A DNA stretch of 64,000 nt, taken from positions 264,924-328,923 of the forward strand of contig MCFH01000058.1 in the NCBI GenBank assembly GCA_002104945.1, in the 5' to 3' direction. Positions 1 to 12,838 of this stretch are shown piece after piece; position 1 is the stretch's first letter; the number at the start of each line of letters is the position of its first letter. The notes under the pieces were generated by a model. It was not told the origin of the DNA and did no database searches. It saw only the letters and a program-made list of their open reading frames with translations. The stretch is from Piromyces finnis finn. Taxonomy: Eukaryota > Fungi > Neocallimastigomycota. A program made the translations under genes and the position numbers.

Positions 1-661
1 TTGTTAGCAATGATTAATTGTTTATTCAGAGAATGATCACCCCTGATATATCAAACATAAATCATTCACTCAAAGTATAAAAAATTATTGTTTAATTAAA
101 TTAAAATTATTTTCCGGAACTAATTAACTTTATTTTATAATAATTATTTCAATAACATAATTTATAATCTTTGAACTAGAGGATTATAATTATTAATATT
201 ATATTCAATGAATTATATTATAATTAAGAAATAATTAATATTATGAATATTATAAACAATAGTTATTTTTTAATAATTAGGAATAAGTCTTAAGTTTAGT
301 TTAAGTATTATAAAATATATTATGAATATAATCATGTATTGAAAAGTTATTTTAGTATTAAATGTAAAATTACAAATAGTATAAATAGTTTAGAATAGTT
401 TTATGAATTAAATCTTTGTAAAGATTATTATCTTATTAATACTTAATAAGTATTACTATTAAATAATCTTATTATTATATATATTCTTTAAATAAAATAA
501 AAAGGAATTATTTTAACTATAATACATAATATAATTATTCATTTATAAATCAATTAAGATTATTTTAATAAAACATTTTTTTTTCTAACCTAGTTATCTT
601 TTAACCTTTTATTTAATTTAATATTTTAATATTAAATTATAAGTTTAGTAAAACTTTTACA
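1..661 (+). repeat. E1 5' LTR (first 373 bp lie outside the window)
   Basis: Direct repeat of 6646-7306, no differences seen by eye; ends ...CTTTTACA. Confidence 0.95.
380..387 (+). promoter_or_regulatory. Putative TATA box of E1 LTR
   Basis: TATAAATA 38 nt upstream of the PBS-complementary segment at 418; E2 has the same arrangement (TATAAATA at 12551, 41 nt upstream). Confidence 0.55.
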
Positions 662-672
662 ATAATCTTTAC
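662..672 (+). other. Self-complementary primer binding site (Tf1-like) of E1
   Basis: ATAATCTTTAC directly after the LTR is the exact reverse complement of GTAAAGATTAT at 418-428; no TGG-type tRNA PBS is present. Confidence 0.8.
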
Positions 673-739
673 CGCGTTTTTTACCATAACTACCTTAGGA
701 AAAAACTTAATTTAAAAATTTAAAAAAAAAAAAAAAAAA

Positions 740-1651
740 ATGACTCAACCAACACCTAAACCAGTTCAACAATTCCTAAAGCCTCAAGATTTAGAAGAAT
801 TTAAGAAAAATCTTTGTGGTGAATTAGACAAGTATATCACTCAACAATTGGATAAAAATACCACCTCCTTGTTAGAACGTATGGATGCTATGTTAAAGGA
901 ACTTAAGAGTCGTGCTAATTATACTGAAACCGAGGAATCTTCTACTGATTATGATGAAGATCATGATGTTATAATGCGTAATAGAACCTATCCTATCAAA
1001 CAAGTACCAGATCCAGGATTCTTTACTGGTGATACTACTCAGACTGAGTTATTCTGCGAACTCTGCCAAGCTACCTTTAAAACTCCACCTAACAATCAAC
1101 TATCTGAAGAAGTAAAAATTAACTTTGTTGTTGTTAGATTACGTGATTCTGCCAGAACTTGGTATCATATTAAATATAAAGATGGTATTACTCCTATGAC
1201 TATGAACGAACTATTAAGTGAATTAAACAAAGCTTTTTCAAATGTTACCAGTACCAAATTAGCCATGATTCAATTAATAGAATTAAGACAAGCTTATGGA
1301 AAAGTGAACGATTATATTAACAAATTTAGAGATTTAAGTCGTTGTTTAGAGATAGATGACATTAGTCTTTCACTAATATTTTTAAATGGTTTACATCCAA
1401 AATATAAGAATGAAATTAAGAAAGCTGATATTTTACCTAACACTTTAAGTGAAATGGTTACAAAGTGTATAATTTTTGAAAATTCTCTTGCTACTAATAA
1501 TAAATTAAATATCAATAATAATAATAATAAAAATCAACATTACAATAAGAGAAACAATAGGAAATTCAATAAGAATAAAACCCATTATCAAAATTCAAAC
1601 AATAATAATAATTATGTCAATAAAGTTCAAAAAATGAACTCAAAAAACTAA
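740..1651 (+). CDS. gag: Gag of E1 (retrotransposon gag-like, Asn-rich C-terminus, no CCHC knuckle)
   Basis: 303-aa ORF right after the LTR/PBS; homologous to E2 Gag (PDPGFFTGD / PDPGLFSGD, KINFV..RLRxxARTWY). Confidence 0.9.
   Translation: MTQPTPKPVQQFLKPQDLEEFKKNLCGELDKYITQQLDKNTTSLLERMDAMLKELKSRANYTETEESSTDYDEDHDVIMRNRTYPIKQVPDPGFFTGDTTQTELFCELCQATFKTPPNNQLSEEVKINFVVVRLRDSARTWYHIKYKDGITPMTMNELLSELNKAFSNVTSTKLAMIQLIELRQAYGKVNDYINKFRDLSRCLEIDDISLSLIFLNGLHPKYKNEIKKADILPNTLSEMVTKCIIFENSLATNNKLNINNNNNKNQHYNKRNNRKFNKNKTHYQNSNNNNNYVNKVQKMNSKN
1642..1648 (+). other. -1 ribosomal frameshift slippery heptamer A-AAA-AAC (E1 gag/pol)
   Basis: Directly before the gag stop; the -1 frame is open from 1624 into the pol ORF and encodes VHNT-KIIHYNFP, matching E2 VHNTPKIIYYNFP. 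Confidence 0.7.
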
Positions 1652-4600
1652 GAAATGAACTCTCAAGAGAGTCTAAGAGAGTTCATAATACAAAAATAAT
1701 ACATTACAACTTTCCTACATATGACTCTAAAATAAATAAAAAATTGCCTACAACATTTTTCAACTTAAAATTTTTTATCCCAATTAAATTAAACAAACTT
1801 TATGATTTAAAAAATTCAATTAATAAAAATCAATACAATTTAATTTTAGATAGTGGCTCATATTGCAACTTTATTTCAATCAACTTGGTCAATAAATTAA
1901 AACTAAAACCACACAAATTATTACACTCAATTGAAATAAATGGAATTAGTGGTTCAATATTTATTGATACATACACCTTCTTATATTTTAAGACTACTAT
2001 CTATATTAATCATTCAAAATTTTTAATTACTTTTAAAGAAAAATTTCTAATTATTAAAAATCTTCCAACAGATTTGTTATTAGGCAATAAATTTTTACAC
2101 AAATATCAACTACATTTTAATTATAATAAAAATTTTGTATATTCAAGTTTAAATTTTAACAATTTTAAAAAATTAAATTCTAATAAAATTATATATAAAA
2201 TTAATAAAAATCGATTGAATAAATCCAAAAATTTAAAAATTAAAACCATTAATCATAATAAATTAACTTCCAATACATCTTTTAATAATTTGAAAAATTG
2301 CTCTAAACCAAAATATCAAAATTTCAGCTATAATTACTTTATTCACTCATTTTTAGCTAATAGTGAAAAAGATTATAATACTGATGATGAAGATGATAAT
2401 GAAGAAGACTTCAAATTAGAAGAAGTACCAGAACCATATCGTGATTTAGCGGAAGTTTTCAGCAAGGTTAAGGCTGATAAACTACCACCACATAGGCTAA
2501 CGGATTGTAAAATCGTTTTACAAAAAGATGCTTCTTTACATTATGGTCCTATATATCCTCTATCTGAAGATGAATCCCAAGTTCTTAAAGAATACATAGA
2601 TGAAAATCTCAAGAAAGGATTCATTAGACCATCTGAATCTCCAGCTGGTTATCCTGTTTTATTTCAGAAAAAGAAGGATGGATCGTTACGTCTTTGTATT
2701 GATTACAAAAAATTAAATGCAGTTACAATTCGCAATTCTTACCCACTTCCTCTAATTACTGATATTATCGAAAGAGTGAAAGGTGCTAAATTCTTTTCAA
2801 AATTAGATCTTCGTTCTGCTTACAATTTAGTGCGTATTCGTGAAGGAGACGAATATAAGACAGCTTTTAGAACTAAATATGGTCACTATGAATATTTAGT
2901 AATGCCTTTTGATTTAAGAAATGCCCCTGCTACATTTCAATCATTTATTAATTCAGTATTACGCCCTTATTTAGAAAAATTTGTTATTTTATATTTAGAT
3001 GATATTCTGATTTACTCGGAAACATTAGATGAACATATACAACATGTTCGTACTGTTCTCCAAACATTGCTCAAAAATAATTTATTTGCTAAATTAAAGA
3101 AATGTGAATTTCACAAGCCAGAAGTTGAATTTTTAGGACACGTTATATCAGGCAATGGTATATCTACTGATCCAAAGAAAATTAAATCTGTCCAAGAATG
3201 GCCTACACCTAATTGTGTAAAAGATGTTCAACGCTTTGTTGGATTATGCAACTATTATAGAAGATTTATAAAAGATTTTGCTACTATTGCTAAACCGCTT
3301 CACAATTTAACAAAGAAAAATACTAGTTTTAATTGGAATGATAAATGTAATAACTCATTTTTAGAATTAAAAAAGAGACTAATCTCTTCACCTATTTTAT
3401 TACATCCAGATCCAACCAAACCATTTATTGTCGAATGCGATGCTAGTAATTTTGCCATTGGTTGTATACTTTCTCAAAAGGATGAAGATAACAAATTACA
3501 TCCTGTAGCATATTATTCAAGATGTTTAAACAATGCTGAATTAAATTATTCAATTACTGAAAAGGAACTTTTAGCTATAAAATGTGCATTTTCTACCTGG
3601 AGACATTTATTACTAGGTGCTAAATACCAAGTAACCGTTTTTACTGACCATAAAAACCTTCTATACACCTTAGGTGGTAAAGTCGGAAACCAACGTCAAC
3701 ATCGTTGGCATTTATTTTTCCAAGAATATAATTTTCAATTAATATACCGCCAAGGAAGAAAAAATGGTAAACCTGATAGTTTGTCAAGAAGACCTGATTA
3801 CGAGAAAAATAATGTTGAACCTAAACCAGAACATATATTAGATTATAAAAACGTTCCCGATACTCCATGTTTTGTTGGTATTGTTGGTTCTCTCATTGAT
3901 CAAATAATAGAAAATTATAAGGATGATGAAAATGCGAATAATATTTATCTTTACTTTAGTCCTAATAATGCTAATCAAGGTTACTTTTACAGACCTTTCA
4001 GAAAAATGGAAAAATTTAAAATAAAAAATAATTTAATTTTATATAATAATTTAATTTATGTACCAGAAAAACTTCATGTAGATATTTTAACCAGGTACCA
4101 TGATAACGCTACTGCTGGACATTTAGGTATTCGAAGAACTGAAGAACTAATTAACCGTAATTTTTGGTGGCCCAAAATGCATCAAGATATCGTAAATTTT
4201 GTCAATTCTTGCGAACAATGTTCCAGAAATAAAGTTAATAGACATAAAAGATATGATCTTTTAAGACCTTTAGAAATTCCTGATCGCCCTTGGAAATCTA
4301 TTGAAATCGATTTTCTTTGTGGTCTCCCTGAATCAAAAAAGTTTTCCGTTATAATGGTTGTTGTAGATCGCTTTTCAAAAATGATTCACCTTATTCCGTT
4401 CAAAGAAATACCTACAGCTGAAGAAACTGCCAAAGCTTTCCTAAAAAAATATTTTTAAACTCCATGGACTACCTACAGATATTTATACGGACAGAGGAAC
4501 ACAATTTACTAGTGCTTTATGGATAGAAATTATGGAAAAATTGCGTGTTAAGCCAAAAATAGCTACCACAGATCACCATGAGACCGTTGGTCAAGTAGAA

Positions 4601-5350
4601 CGTTGTAACTCTTTCATTGAACAATATTTACGTTGCTATTCAAGAACATTTTTCCACGATGACTGGATTGAATGGTTACATCTAGCTGAATTTGTTTATA
4701 ATAATACAGTTCATGAATCTACAAAACAAACTCCATTTTTCATTAATTATGGATTCCACCCACCTATGGATGATGTCTTTTTGTTTCTAGGTTCTGATTC
4801 AAACTTTAAATACATTAAAGATGTTAGTAAAAATTTCCTTTTAGTTAAAGATGTTTTGCTTAGATCTCAAGATTTATACAAAAGAGCTGCCGATAAGAAA
4901 AGAATTATTGCTCCTGAATTGAATGAAGGACAAAAAGTTTGGATTCATGCACCTCCTGCTTTTGCTACTACTGAAAATGCCAAACTAGCGCCTCGTAAGT
5001 ATGGTCCTTACAAGGTTTTAGAAGTTTTAAACAATGGTAATTATAAAATAGATATTTCAAAATCACCTTTTCCAAAACACCACCCTGTATTTCACATATC
5101 GGAACTTGAACCTTATGTATCTACGCCAGATAAATTTAAAAATAGATTTAAATATAAAGAAACTAATGCAGAAATTATAGAAATTGGTGACTTTAGGACA
5201 AATTATAAAGAAAAACGCTACGAATATAAAATTCGTTATAATCACCGCCTAAGTTGGCACTGGGTTCCTGCTACAGTAATAGAAAGTAACCCAAGATATC
5301 AAGAATTATTAATTCAATTCAATAAAAGTATTAGAAAACACAAAATCTAA
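1648..5350 (+). pseudogene. pol: Pol of E1 (PR-RT-RNaseH-IN-chromodomain), split by a +1 frameshift at the A7 run 4443-4449
   Basis: ORFs 1744-4458 and 4532-5350; motifs ILDSGS (PR), YLDD (RT), ECDAS (RH), H..H..C..C and IDF (IN), GPY, C-terminal chromo-like domain; removing one A restores LKNIFKLHG as in E2; MPFGL reads MPFDL. Confidence 0.9.
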
Positions 5351-6272
5351 TTCTTTAAATTGCATTTCAACAATTTTATTTTTTTAAAAATTTATTAATA
5401 TCTTTCACTAACATTATGTTTTATTATAATTTGTATTACTCATCTAATACATTTCAACACAAATTTCAAAAATTTTTTTCTATATGAATGTTAAATTTCA
5501 ATTCAATAATTTTTGATCCAACAATTTTATCAATTTATTTAATTTAAAACACAAAGTTTTTATAATGAAAATTAAATATTTAAAGAGAATAATTTTCAAT
5601 TTATTTTAGCAGTACAATTACAAATATTTATATGTTGTTAATGCTTATTTTATTCTCTATTCAATAGTATCAATTTCAATATTGTCACTATCTCGATCGA
5701 TCATTAAAATCAATATTTTTCAGTGACATTTTTTCAAAAAGTTTAGTTCAAAATTTTTTTTGTATTTAATGAAAAAATTTTTTATTATTAAAAATTTTTC
5801 AAAAATTTCAAAAAATTTTTTTTTCAAAATCATATTAATTAAAGTTTATTTGATCAATTTTTGAAATTTCAATTATTTTAGCAAATGTTAACATTTTTCA
5901 AAAATAAAAAGTGTTTCAATATCCTAGGAATAATATTTCTTATTCAAATTTTAATTTTTCGTACGAATTTCAATTTTTTCACTCAATGATCAATTTAAAT
6001 TTCAACATTTCTTTCAAAAATTTTATGAATTTGACTGAATGTTACACAAGAAAATGTTTTTTAATTTTATTTCATATATTGCAATATATTCAACATATTA
6101 TATTAAATATATTCTTTATTTAGTTACCATTTTATTTCATGTTACACATACAACTATATATTGGTTTATATTTAATATATACTACTTCAATTTATTTCAA
6201 TTATACTTTATTATACAACTTTATTTTATATTATTTCAATCGCCTGGTATTCGATTTTTTTTGGCGGAGCGA

Positions 6273-7306
6273 TGTCACGAATACTAGTGAAATTACAATT
6301 TCAAGATCACTTGGAATTGTGAAATCACTTATGAAAATTCAAAATCAACAAATATTTTATTTTCAAATAAATTATAAAATTTTATTAAGAAATATTTAAA
6401 AATTTAGAAAAGGTTAAAATATGACCTTAACCCTTAATAATTTTTATAATAAATAACTTTAACCCTTATCGTTAAAATGGAATAAGAAAAAACACGCGTA
6501 TCTCCTCAACGAATGACGATTTTTGAATAAAAATATTTTGGTTATAATTAAGTTCGTTAGAAAGCCACGCTCGAGACAAACAACATATCTTAAAATCAGG
6601 TCAATATCTCTGCTGGTTCACGAGATATTCCAATTTAAAGATATTTTGTTAGCAATGATTAATTGTTTATTCAGAGAATGATCACCCCTGATATATCAAA
6701 CATAAATCATTCACTCAAAGTATAAAAAATTATTGTTTAATTAAATTAAAATTATTTTCCGGAACTAATTAACTTTATTTTATAATAATTATTTCAATAA
6801 CATAATTTATAATCTTTGAACTAGAGGATTATAATTATTAATATTATATTCAATGAATTATATTATAATTAAGAAATAATTAATATTATGAATATTATAA
6901 ACAATAGTTATTTTTTAATAATTAGGAATAAGTCTTAAGTTTAGTTTAAGTATTATAAAATATATTATGAATATAATCATGTATTGAAAAGTTATTTTAG
7001 TATTAAATGTAAAATTACAAATAGTATAAATAGTTTAGAATAGTTTTATGAATTAAATCTTTGTAAAGATTATTATCTTATTAATACTTAATAAGTATTA
7101 CTATTAAATAATCTTATTATTATATATATTCTTTAAATAAAATAAAAAGGAATTATTTTAACTATAATACATAATATAATTATTCATTTATAAATCAATT
7201 AAGATTATTTTAATAAAACATTTTTTTTTCTAACCTAGTTATCTTTTAACCTTTTATTTAATTTAATATTTTAATATTAAATTATAAGTTTAGTAAAACT
7301 TTTACA
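6273..7306 (+). repeat. E1 3' LTR (1034 bp, family A)
   Basis: TG...CA ends; preceded by purine-biased GGCGGAGCGA (6263-6272, weak PPT). Confidence 0.93.
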
Positions 7307-8073
7307 GATTTTTAAGTTAACCCTAAAAGTAACTTAAAACAAGTTATAGTTTAATTAAGTACTTTACCAAAATTCTTAAATAAAATTAATCCTAAACACT
7401 GCATATATTTTGATTATTGAAAGAAAATAATAAACTTTAATTAATCGAGATCAAAATATATAACTCTTGTTAAATTAATTGTTAAATTAAATATTTAATA
7501 ACTTCGTTAGTAAATTACACTTTAAAAGTAAACAAATATAATAATTCATATTATAAAATAATATAATTAAACACCTTTATTAAAACATTAAAAATAATTA
7601 TTACTTTAATTAATTGTAAAATAAACAACTTTTTATATTCTTTAACTTTTAATTATTTCTTTTATTGTTATTTCTAATTACTTTTATTATTTTTATTGTA
7701 AATAGTTATTAATTTTATTGTTTTAATGTAAATAGTTTAAATTTAAAAGAAAATATAAATACATGTAAATATTCTTATTTTAATCATTATTATTATTATT
7801 AATAAAGAAATATTATATAGTTAGATTAATATTTTATAATTTTAATAATCACTTTTATACTTAAATAAATAAAATTTTAAATATTTAAATATTAGAAAAA
7901 CAAGTGTTTCTAATAAAACAATTTAGTGTTTTAACAAAACAATTTTATTAATTTTTATAAAAACGATTTTAAATCTTAATCAATATAACTTATATAGTTA
8001 TAACAAAAGATATAATATAATAATCACTTTTTGAAGTAAAATTCAAAATTAAGATTATTATCAAATTATATCA
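7307..8073 (+). repeat. 3' part of a family-C LTR interrupted by E1
   Basis: Matches 30597-31366 of the intact copy; ends ...ATTATATCA. Confidence 0.9.
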
Positions 8074-8108
8074 TTTTGATAAATAATTAAATTTATAAAT
8101 TATGAATT

Positions 8109-8418
<310 letters not shown>

Positions 8419-8938
8419 TTAAAACACAGATAGTTAAAAATTAAAATAATTAACATGTATAAAATTATTAAATTAAAAATTATAAATGTAAACTTTTTGT
8501 TTATTTAATTGTTTATTTAGTTTTAAAATTAAATAGTTTATATTTGTTTATAATTATACTTTAAAATAATAATTTTGTATAAATAGTGATAGAATCATTT
8601 TATTTTAAAATTGTTCCTAATAATCCAGTAAAATTAGATAATAATATTAAATTTTATTAAAATAATAATTGTGATTATATTTACATACATTCAAGATGTA
8701 TTAAACCATAACATATATATATTTAATAATACAAGAGTTATTAAATATTAAAACTTTATAATTAAATAAAATAATTTTATATTTTAAACTAACAAAGACT
8801 TGCAAATGAACAAGTATAAAAATCATTCATTCTATTTTTATTTTCTTATTTATTTTTATTTATTAAATTTTAGATACAAATATTATCACTTTCTATATTC
8901 ATTTATAGAATTAAGATAATATTTTTCTTCGTATCAAA

Positions 8939-8951
8939 TGGTGGAGAATCC
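8939..8951 (+). other. tRNA-Ala-type PBS (TGGTGGAGAATCC)
   Basis: 2 nt after the LTR end; complementary to a tRNA 3' end ...ATTCTCCA-CCA typical of eukaryotic tRNA-Ala; same PBS as E3. Confidence 0.75.
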
Positions 8952-9768
8952 AAAAATCTACTGCGTAGCTAGTCTTAAGGCCGGAGGGAATTACGCGAAC
9001 CTCTCTGTTCCCCATAGGAAACTACTGCTACTTCAAATTTAATTAATTTCAAAATTAATTAAAATCGAAATTAACAATACTTCAACAATATATATTAATA
9101 TATTCCAATATATTATTAATATATATTAAAAAAAATTTCACAAATATTTAATTCCAATAATTAAATAAACAACATTAATATCAAAATTTTAAATATTCAA
9201 ATTATTTAAAATAAAATCAATATTATAATACAAAAACATTATAATATAATTCAATTATAAATCCATAATCAATTATAATATACCAATTATATATTATAAA
9301 ATAATAAAATTATAATGTATATTTCACCTGAATGAAAAACATTATATTCCCACTGCTCCGCTCTTCTAAAAACTTATATGAATTTCAAAATAATATGTGG
9401 ATAATGGAATAAAAGTATCAGAAAATAAACTTTAAATAATAATAAACCTTAAGTAAGCTTTATTTGATGTGGATATAAATGAAGAATAAATTTATTTGAA
9501 AAAGACACTGCAGCTACTATAAAAAAAAATATCCGGAAAATTATATATTAAAAATAAATTAATGGAGGACATTAGAAATTAAACATGCATATAAAGAAAG
9601 AAAAGAAGAAAATCCTAAGAAGAAGAGGAAGTAATAAAATGAAGATCTTTAATTATTTATAAAATTTAATTCTTTATCTATTATTTTTCTTTTCATAACT
9701 TCAAGGGACGAAGTTATATCTTAAGGGCGAAGATATTGATAAATAATTAAATTTATAAATTATGAATT

Positions 9769-9841
<73 letters not shown>

Positions 9842-9934
9842 AGTATTATAATAAAACATAATTTATATTAAATTAATAAATAGGGTTAGGGCATTCTGAC
9901 CTAACTTACCTAAATTCATCTTAGATCCTTAACA

Positions 9935-10670
9935 AAATAGAAATAGAAAATATTATTTTAAAACTTGTTACTAATTAGTGTAATGACTCTATTAGAAAAT
10001 TAAATATTTTATGCATTTTTATCACAGGATTCATTTTATGTAATTTTTAATTAATTTAAAGAATAATTTAGAAAGAAAATTTAATTTTTTATTTAACCAC
10101 ATCAGATTTAGAAAAAGTATAAATAGAAGTGGTGTGGATCAAAAATTAAATAGTTGTGCTTTTATTAACTTTAAATTTAATCTTTACTTTGTTTAAAAAT
10201 AAATTTAATAATAATAAAAAATTATTTTAAATAAATAGATTTATTGACTTATAGGGAATACAAAATTTATTTTTCTATATAAATATTATTAATTCCTACA
10301 TTAATAAATTCTTTATATAGAATCGCGTTACAATTAGCTAAGAAAATTAGAATATTTTAATAATAAAATAATAAATTAATATATATTTTTTTATAATACA
10401 TAGCGAGATGTATTATACATTTATTTTAAATAAATAAACTAATATTATAAAACAAGGTGTTTTTTTAAAATTTTTAAATTATATTCATTAATTATATAAA
10501 TAATAGTAAATAATTAAAATAATGTAAAATATAAATATTTAATTAAATTTTAAAAATGTTAATTATATCAAACTTGTAGAATGAGCAAGTAAAAATAAAT
10601 CATTCAATTACACACAAATATACCACTTTCTAAGCCTATTTAGAATTAAGGTATATTTGAACTTGTGTCA
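9935..10670 (+). repeat. Partial/diverged family-E LTR
   Basis: Shares blocks (ACATAGCGAGATGTATTATAC, CTTGTAGAATGAGCAAG, ...TGTGTCA end) with 31965-32459. Confidence 0.7.
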
Positions 10671-11289
10671 ATATTAATACGTAATAAACAGAAAATACTA
10701 CCTTTAGCATAAACTCCAGGTCAATTTACATAAGGGTTAAGATTATGATTGATCAATAATAATTTTAACTAATGTCAAATTTAATTAATATAAACTATGT
10801 AATAATAATAATAATAATAATAATTAAATAAATAAATATATAAATAAATCACATAATTATTAATAACTGGAATATATTATTTCAGCATAATTCCTTATTA
10901 TCACAGTATTAAAATAAATAATAATATTATGATATATTATATAATAACATATCATTGTAAGAGGTTTATTATATTTTCTATAAGAGGGATAGATTTATAT
11001 ATTATTTTATATAAAAGATATTACAATAATAAATAAATAACAACCTATCATACGAGCTAATATTATAAATAATGTTTTTATATTAAATTTTATAAAGAAA
11101 TTAGTAATTAAATAATGAATAAAACAATTTAGTTATATATAATAATAAAGGTTTATTCGCCTTATTTCTCTTATTAATATAAAGTATCTTTAACTATTTT
11201 AAATATAAGTATTCTTTATTATTAATTATTTATTATATTATTTTACTTTAATCTTTAATACTAACACTAAAGTATTAGTATTTGTTTAC

Positions 11290-11672
11290 ATGTTTCCTTT
11301 TATAATATTATTAATCTATATTAACTATTATTGGTTAGTTTAAATATAAAATAAATATTATTTAAATATAATTTAAATATAAAATAATATTTATTTTATA
11401 TTAACATATATTGTAGTTCGAGCGTGGATTTCTAACGAACATAGTTTTGTTGAGTTAGATTGTTTTTCGTTATAAAGTTATGAACTTAAAGGTTAAAGGT
11501 GCTTATAATAATTTATAGAAAGGTTAAGGTCTTGTTACTTGAATTTTTAATATTCTTCAATATTGTTTTATATTTTTCAAAATTTGGAAATAATTAATTT
11601 TTTGATATTTTAAAAGTAATTTCACAATTCCAAGTGATCTTGAAATTGTAGATTCCACTAGTATCCGTGGCA
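11290..11672 (-). repeat. Degenerate family-A LTR fragment
   Basis: Reverse complement of the E1 LTR start (CACAATTCCAAGTGATCTTGAAATTG...CTAGTATCCGTGGCA). Confidence 0.65.
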
Positions 11673-12024
11673 TGATAATATTCGTATCTAAAATTTAATA
11701 AATAAAAATAAAGAAAATATAATAACTGATTTTTATACTTGTTCATTTGCAAGACTTTGTTAGTTTTATAATATAAAATTTACTTTATTTAATTATAAAA
11801 TTATAATATTATTTAATAACTCTAGTATTACTAATTAATTAAAATATATTATTTATAATCTTATTTCAGGGATTATTAATAACTTTTTTAATAATAAGTT
11901 TTATTATAATATAAAATTATATTTGAATTTAAAAATATATCCAATTTTTCGCTCTATACAATTATAAGCAATTTTTTTTTCATTTATATTATATAACATT
12001 TTAGATATTTAAAATAAGAAATAT

Positions 12025-12096
12025 AGGGGCGTTCCGGATTTGAACCGAAGACCTATTGATCTGCAGTCAATTGCTCTACCGCTGAGCTAACACCCC
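12025..12096 (-). tRNA. tRNA-Cys(GCA)
   Basis: GGGGTGTTAGCTCAGCGGTAGAGC-ATTGA-CT-GCA-GA-TCAAT-AGGTCTTCGGTTCAAATCCGGAACGCCCCT: full cloverleaf, A and B boxes. Confidence 0.97.
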
Positions 12097-12804
12097 TTTC
12101 ATCTGACTTTGTCACAATAACATATATAAAAATTTAAAAAATTTGGACACATGGAAAAAATTGTCAAAATCACAATTCATGAAATTTGACATTTCATGAA
12201 ATTTCATAATTTTGAATTAATAGTTAAATTAATTAAAATATTAATTTAATAATATTTTACTAATAATAGTTTATTTAATATAAATATTAATTGGAAAGCT
12301 ATTTATTATCCGGAGATAAATAGAGTGTAACAATTAATTAATATTAAACAAACCAATTAGTAAAATAAGATTCATTTAAATAATTATTAATATTATTTTT
12401 AACAACTTATTAATATCGATATTTAAAGAAAATTATATTATTATTACTATTATATCTTATTAATATTTATATTTATATTATTATACATGTATAACTTAAA
12501 TTATATTATTATTATACTTTATTAATATCAACATTATATTAAAAATGAAGTATAAATAAGTTGAACAAAGAACAACTTTAAGAAGTTCTTTGTGAGATTA
12601 TTATACTCATTTTTATATAGTAAATTCAATATTTAAAATTAATAATTATCATTTACTTATATTATAAAAATTAAATAAAATATTTCTTAAAAAACTATAT
12701 TTATTACTCTTTTATTTATAAAAATTTATTATTTACTATATAATTAAGCCTATCCTAACCTAGTAGACTTAATTATAATTCTAAATCCACTCTAACTCTT
12801 GACA

Positions 12805-12814
12805 ATAATCTCAC
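12805..12814 (+). other. Self-complementary PBS of E2
   Basis: ATAATCTCAC is the reverse complement of GTGAGATTAT at 12592-12601. Confidence 0.8.
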
Positions 12815-12838
12815 CATAACTTTGGTTACTACCTTAGG

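Larger units (their letters stand above)
1..7306 (+). mobile_element. E1: Ty3/gypsy chromovirus-type LTR retrotransposon (LTR family A); 5' LTR cut by the window edge
   Basis: 1-661 matches 6646-7306; the full 3' LTR is TGTCAC...TTTACA; gag and PR-RT-RH-IN-chromodomain lie between the LTRs; the 3' flank GATTT continues into a family-C LTR. Confidence 0.97.

Noticed and set aside
5911-6399. Three short ORFs in the E1 3' UTR, and similar ones at 17986 and 48254
   Set aside because: AT-rich chance frames of F/I/Y/N residues with no motifs.
9340-9635. PTAP and PKKKRK peptide motifs in element D's interior
   Set aside because: They occur in stop-interrupted frames; too short to distinguish from chance.
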